64,000 nt of DNA, taken from contig OZ242365.1 of NCBI GenBank assembly GCA_965208905.1, forward strand, positions 1,120,001 to 1,184,000, in the 5' to 3' direction. The stretch's first letter is position 1. Each line of letters begins with the position of its first letter. The notes beneath the pieces were generated by a model. The model did not search any database. It saw nothing but the letters and a program-made list of their open reading frames with translations, and was not told the DNA's origin. The translations under genes were made by a program, and so were the position numbers. Shown piece after piece: positions 60,449 to 64,000 of this stretch. This DNA comes from Nitrosopumilaceae archaeon (lineage in GTDB: Archaea > Thermoproteota > Nitrososphaeria > Nitrososphaerales > Nitrosopumilaceae).

Positions 60449-62074
60449 ATGACAGATACCGATGGAGATCACACAAAGTCTCAAAAGCTTATGTCACAGA
60501 TAGAGGCGTTTGGCCTGAAGCCTCGTAAAGTGTTTCGTAACATATCTGCTGAACGTCTTACCGAGATTTCGATAAAAAACGACAATGGTGTTCGTACCAC
60601 AACCGGAGCTGTGGCAGTAAGGACCGATAGATTCACCGGACGCGCCCCCAACGATCGATTTATAGTGTATGATGATGTCACCAAAGACACAGTAAATTGG
60701 AACAAAATAAATCACAAATTTTCAACTGAAGCGTTTAACAAAATACTGAACAGGATGAAATCTCATATAACTGATAAAGATGTGTATGTCTTTGATGGGT
60801 TTGTTGGTGCGGATACTCAGCATCGCCTTAAAATTCGTGCAATAACTGACCATGCGTGGCAGAGCCTCTTTTCCAGCAGGCTGTTTGTTGGGCCTACCAA
60901 AGAGGAGTTGGAAGGTCATGAACCCGAATTTACCATAATCTCACTAAATGACTTTAAGGTAGTTCCTGAAATTGATGGTACCAAAAAAGATGTATTTATT
61001 TTGATAAATTTAGCCCAAAGAGTAGTGCTTATTGCTGGCACTAAATATGCTGGCGAACTAAAAAAATCAATGTTTTCTGTAATGAACTTTTTGTTGCCTG
61101 CTAGAGATGTCTTTCCCATGCACTGCTCAGCCAACACCGATGCAAAGAATCACACAGCTCTATTTTTTGGACTGTCTGGAACCGGAAAGACTACTTTGTC
61201 TGCAGACAACAATCGCATGCTCATAGGAGATGATGAACATGGTTGGTCTGAGAGCGGAGTGTTCAATTTTGAGGGTGGCTGTTATGCAAAGTGTATCAAT
61301 CTAACGTACGAAAATGAACCTCAAATATGGAATGCTATTAGGGATGGTGCCATACTTGAAAATGTAATTGTAGACTCAGATGGTAATCCGGACTTTAATG
61401 ACAGCTCCATTACGGAGAATACTCGAGTTGCATACCCATTACATCATATACCCAGAGCAGTAATACCTAGTGTCGGATCTCATCCATCTGTCGTGATATT
61501 TCTAACCGCCGACGCCAAGGGTGTGCTGCCGCCTATATCTAAACTTACTCGGGAGGGCGCAATGTATCACTTTATGTCTGGATATACCAGCAAGCTGGCG
61601 GGCACCGAGCAGGGTGTAAAGAAGCCCAGATCTGTATTTTCAGAATGTTTTGGTGCTCCCTTTATGCCTCGTCCTGCTGAATTATACGCCAATATGTTGG
61701 CTAAAAAAATAACAGAACATAATACCGAGGTGTACTTGATAAACACCGGATGGTCTGGAGGGCCATACGGAGTAGGACATAGAATCTCTATAAAGTATAG
61801 TAGGGCTATGGTTACTGCTGCACTAAACGGAGATTTAAAATGCGTGGAATATCGTCACGACTCCATATTTAATCTCGATGTCCCAATGACATGTCCTGGA
61901 GTCCCTGATGAACTCTTGGATCCTAAAAATACGTGGACGGATAAAGATGCATACTATGCGCAGGCAAACCGTTTGGCAGATAAATTTTTGACTAACTTTG
62001 CAAAATTCAAAGATGTATCATCAGATATCCGTAACGCGGGCCCTTCTAGGAACAAACACCGCAAAAACTCCTAA
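60449..62074 (+). CDS. pckA: phosphoenolpyruvate carboxykinase (ATP)
   Basis: FGLSGTGKTTLS, IGDDEHGW and NFEGGCYAK motifs. Confidence 0.96.
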   Translation: MTDTDGDHTKSQKLMSQIEAFGLKPRKVFRNISAERLTEISIKNDNGVRTTTGAVAVRTDRFTGRAPNDRFIVYDDVTKDTVNWNKINHKFSTEAFNKILNRMKSHITDKDVYVFDGFVGADTQHRLKIRAITDHAWQSLFSSRLFVGPTKEELEGHEPEFTIISLNDFKVVPEIDGTKKDVFILINLAQRVVLIAGTKYAGELKKSMFSVMNFLLPARDVFPMHCSANTDAKNHTALFFGLSGTGKTTLSADNNRMLIGDDEHGWSESGVFNFEGGCYAKCINLTYENEPQIWNAIRDGAILENVIVDSDGNPDFNDSSITENTRVAYPLHHIPRAVIPSVGSHPSVVIFLTADAKGVLPPISKLTREGAMYHFMSGYTSKLAGTEQGVKKPRSVFSECFGAPFMPRPAELYANMLAKKITEHNTEVYLINTGWSGGPYGVGHRISIKYSRAMVTAALNGDLKCVEYRHDSIFNLDVPMTCPGVPDELLDPKNTWTDKDAYYAQANRLADKFLTNFAKFKDVSSDIRNAGPSRNKHRKNS

Positions 62075-64000
62075 CATTCCAGATATGATGGCTACTATGA
62101 TCACCTGCCGCCACGGCATAATTATGTCAGACCATATTGATCTCTCTTCGGTAACGGTATCGACTATTATAGAGTCGTAGGTGGTGTAACTCTGTGTACC
62201 TATGGATATATCTACTTGTATCTGGTATACGCCATTTTCATAAACCCTCACAGATGCACTCTTACTCGGAGTTACTGATGACTCATAAGTGTGACCACTG
62301 CGACTACTGAGCGTTATCTTTGCAAAGTCCCATCTGTCTATATATGATACCTCTAGATGTAGTATGCCATTCTCTTGATTCACGTGTATGGTCCCATTAC
62401 TGTGTCGAACTTTTATGGGTACAGTGTGTGTTATGTCGTCATATGTTAAGATCATACGGGCATCGGCTGTCATCTCACCCTCTACTGTTACCAATATTGT
62501 ATCATCTATAATTTTATGTGCAATGTAATCACTGTTTGGTTCAAAATGTATTGATATATCCTCCAACGCATTACCAGATATGGTTCGAAGGTGTATGGGT
62601 ATGATGTCTGATGATTGTAGTGGTGTTATACTAGCAGATAATATGGACGGATATGTGATTAAATCTGTAGTCAGCACAGAGTAGACATCAAGACGCCCAG
62701 AGCCTGCATTGTGGGGGTCTTCCCATGATCCCTTTTGGTCGATTACAGCATCTGCAGTACTGGTCAATATAGACCGTATATCTTCTATGGTTAGTGATGG
62801 GTGTTGTTGAAGTAACAGTGCGACGGCGCCAGTGACATGAGGTGTGGCATAGCTAGTTCCAGAAACTATCTCGTATCCGCCAGATATTGCAGTGGTGTTG
62901 ATATGTACTCCCGGAGCCATTATGTCTGGTTTGATGAATGGTAATGTCGGCCCTCGGGAACTAAACGGTGCTACATGATCCGGATCATGTAAAAACAGCA
63001 GGCGGGCTTGCGCATCGGGCAGCATCTCTATTATATCTCGCCCATCTTCTTGGCTTATAGATATTGTTGGTATTCGAGGCATATAATCTGGTTCTGTAAA
63101 ATTATGTATCAACTCACCATAAAACATACCTTCTTTATTGTTGAATATCATTATTGCCGCTGCTCCTGCATTTGCAGCATTATTCTCTTTTATGGAAAAG
63201 TATAACAATTCACCTGGCATGTCACTACCACGCTCTGCCAATACCACTGCACCGGTTACATTCAACTCTGTAAAGTCACTCTCCCTTGCATACCCGGCGT
63301 ACACGATGTGGGACTCGACAGGGCTTGGAGGTACTGCCGAACCAACCATGGGTATGGCTACATATGGAATATTGTTAATCTGCAGTATGGCTACACTACT
63401 AGATGTTAGATTATTGTATGTGGCGCCTACTGTTATTGCTGGCGGACTACGTCCAGGACTGCCAATTGTACTCTGCTGAGAACCATCATTGCCTGCAGCA
63501 ACGATTACTATTACGCCTTTGTCTACCGCCTCGGCTATTGCTTTATCTATGGCATTATTAGTCTTATTTACGCCTAGACTGATATTGATGATGTCTGCAC
63601 CATCTTCAATGGCCCTCTGTATTGATCTGGTGATCAAGTCAGATCTTACCCCTTCACCATCCTCGGATACCTTATATGCTAATAACCGCACGGCTGGAGC
63701 CACACCGTTTATACCTCCTTCTGCAGCAATTATGCCTGCAACCTGGGTTCCATGCCCGTTGGTGTCTAGGGGTAATTGATTTGGGTCGACAAAGTTAAAA
63801 CCACCCACAACCTTACCATTCGGTCCAAATCCTAGCATATCTGGATGCGTATAATCAATACCCGTATCTATGACTGCTACTAGAATACCCTCCCCATCTA
63901 ATCCTCCTATTGTGGGAACCGCACCGATATACGGAACACTCTTTTCAAGGTATGGCATTAGAGGTGTCTCTACTTCAAATTGTATTGTGCTGTATAGTAA
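62021..64000 (-). CDS. S8 subtilisin-like protease with PA domain and C-terminal TM (5' end outside window)
   Basis: VIDTG, HGTQVAG and SGTSYATPHV motifs; frame stays open to the window end. Confidence 0.92.
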   Translation of the reverse strand, partial: LLYSTIQFEVETPLMPYLEKSVPYIGAVPTIGGLDGEGILVAVIDTGIDYTHPDMLGFGPNGKVVGGFNFVDPNQLPLDTNGHGTQVAGIIAAEGGINGVAPAVRLLAYKVSEDGEGVRSDLITRSIQRAIEDGADIINISLGVNKTNNAIDKAIAEAVDKGVIVIVAAGNDGSQQSTIGSPGRSPPAITVGATYNNLTSSSVAILQINNIPYVAIPMVGSAVPPSPVESHIVYAGYARESDFTELNVTGAVVLAERGSDMPGELLYFSIKENNAANAGAAAIMIFNNKEGMFYGELIHNFTEPDYMPRIPTISISQEDGRDIIEMLPDAQARLLFLHDPDHVAPFSSRGPTLPFIKPDIMAPGVHINTTAISGGYEIVSGTSYATPHVTGAVALLLQQHPSLTIEDIRSILTSTADAVIDQKGSWEDPHNAGSGRLDVYSVLTTDLITYPSILSASITPLQSSDIIPIHLRTISGNALEDISIHFEPNSDYIAHKIIDDTILVTVEGEMTADARMILTYDDITHTVPIKVRHSNGTIHVNQENGILHLEVSYIDRWDFAKITLSSRSGHTYESSVTPSKSASVRVYENGVYQIQVDISIGTQSYTTYDSIIVDTVTEERSIWSDIIMPWRQVIIVAIISGMLGVFAVFVPRRARVTDI

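Overview
Archaeal DNA, most likely an ammonia-oxidising thaumarchaeon of the Nitrosopumilaceae/Cenarchaeum type. This is inferred from the ribosomal/secY/cbf5 cluster, cofG/cofH, intron-containing tRNAs and the thaumarchaeal 'IPxWIKN' secreted domain. Bases 1-15167 are an accessory defence region. It holds a DUF1156 methylase plus SNF2-DUF3883 helicase (restriction-like module), a putative HEPN protein, a Hachiman-like nuclease/helicase pair, and a 3.4-kb transposon. The transposon (10912-14320) has perfect 23-bp TIRs and a possible 3-bp TSD. It carries a SWIM-Zn/IS6-like DDE transposase, a divergent AbrB-like regulator with a 4-copy operator, a Dam-like methylase frameshifted in a G12 tract, and a HaeIII-family endonuclease. 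The rest is mostly core genome: cyoE, pst/phoU, cbf5-cmk-adk-secY-r-proteins, argF, ftsY, suf, pgk, pckA and four tRNAs. It also contains an IS481 copy with a 15-bp TSD and a GC-rich tandem Venus-flytrap gene. The best unexplained signals are the cargo transposon, a ~270-nt rod-like candidate ncRNA with its own TATA box (15173-15440, minus strand), a 44-aa metallothionein-like ORF missed by the ORF track, and a 420-bp tandem expansion in the FtsY C-terminal tail. All family assignments come from motif recognition by eye; no searches were run.
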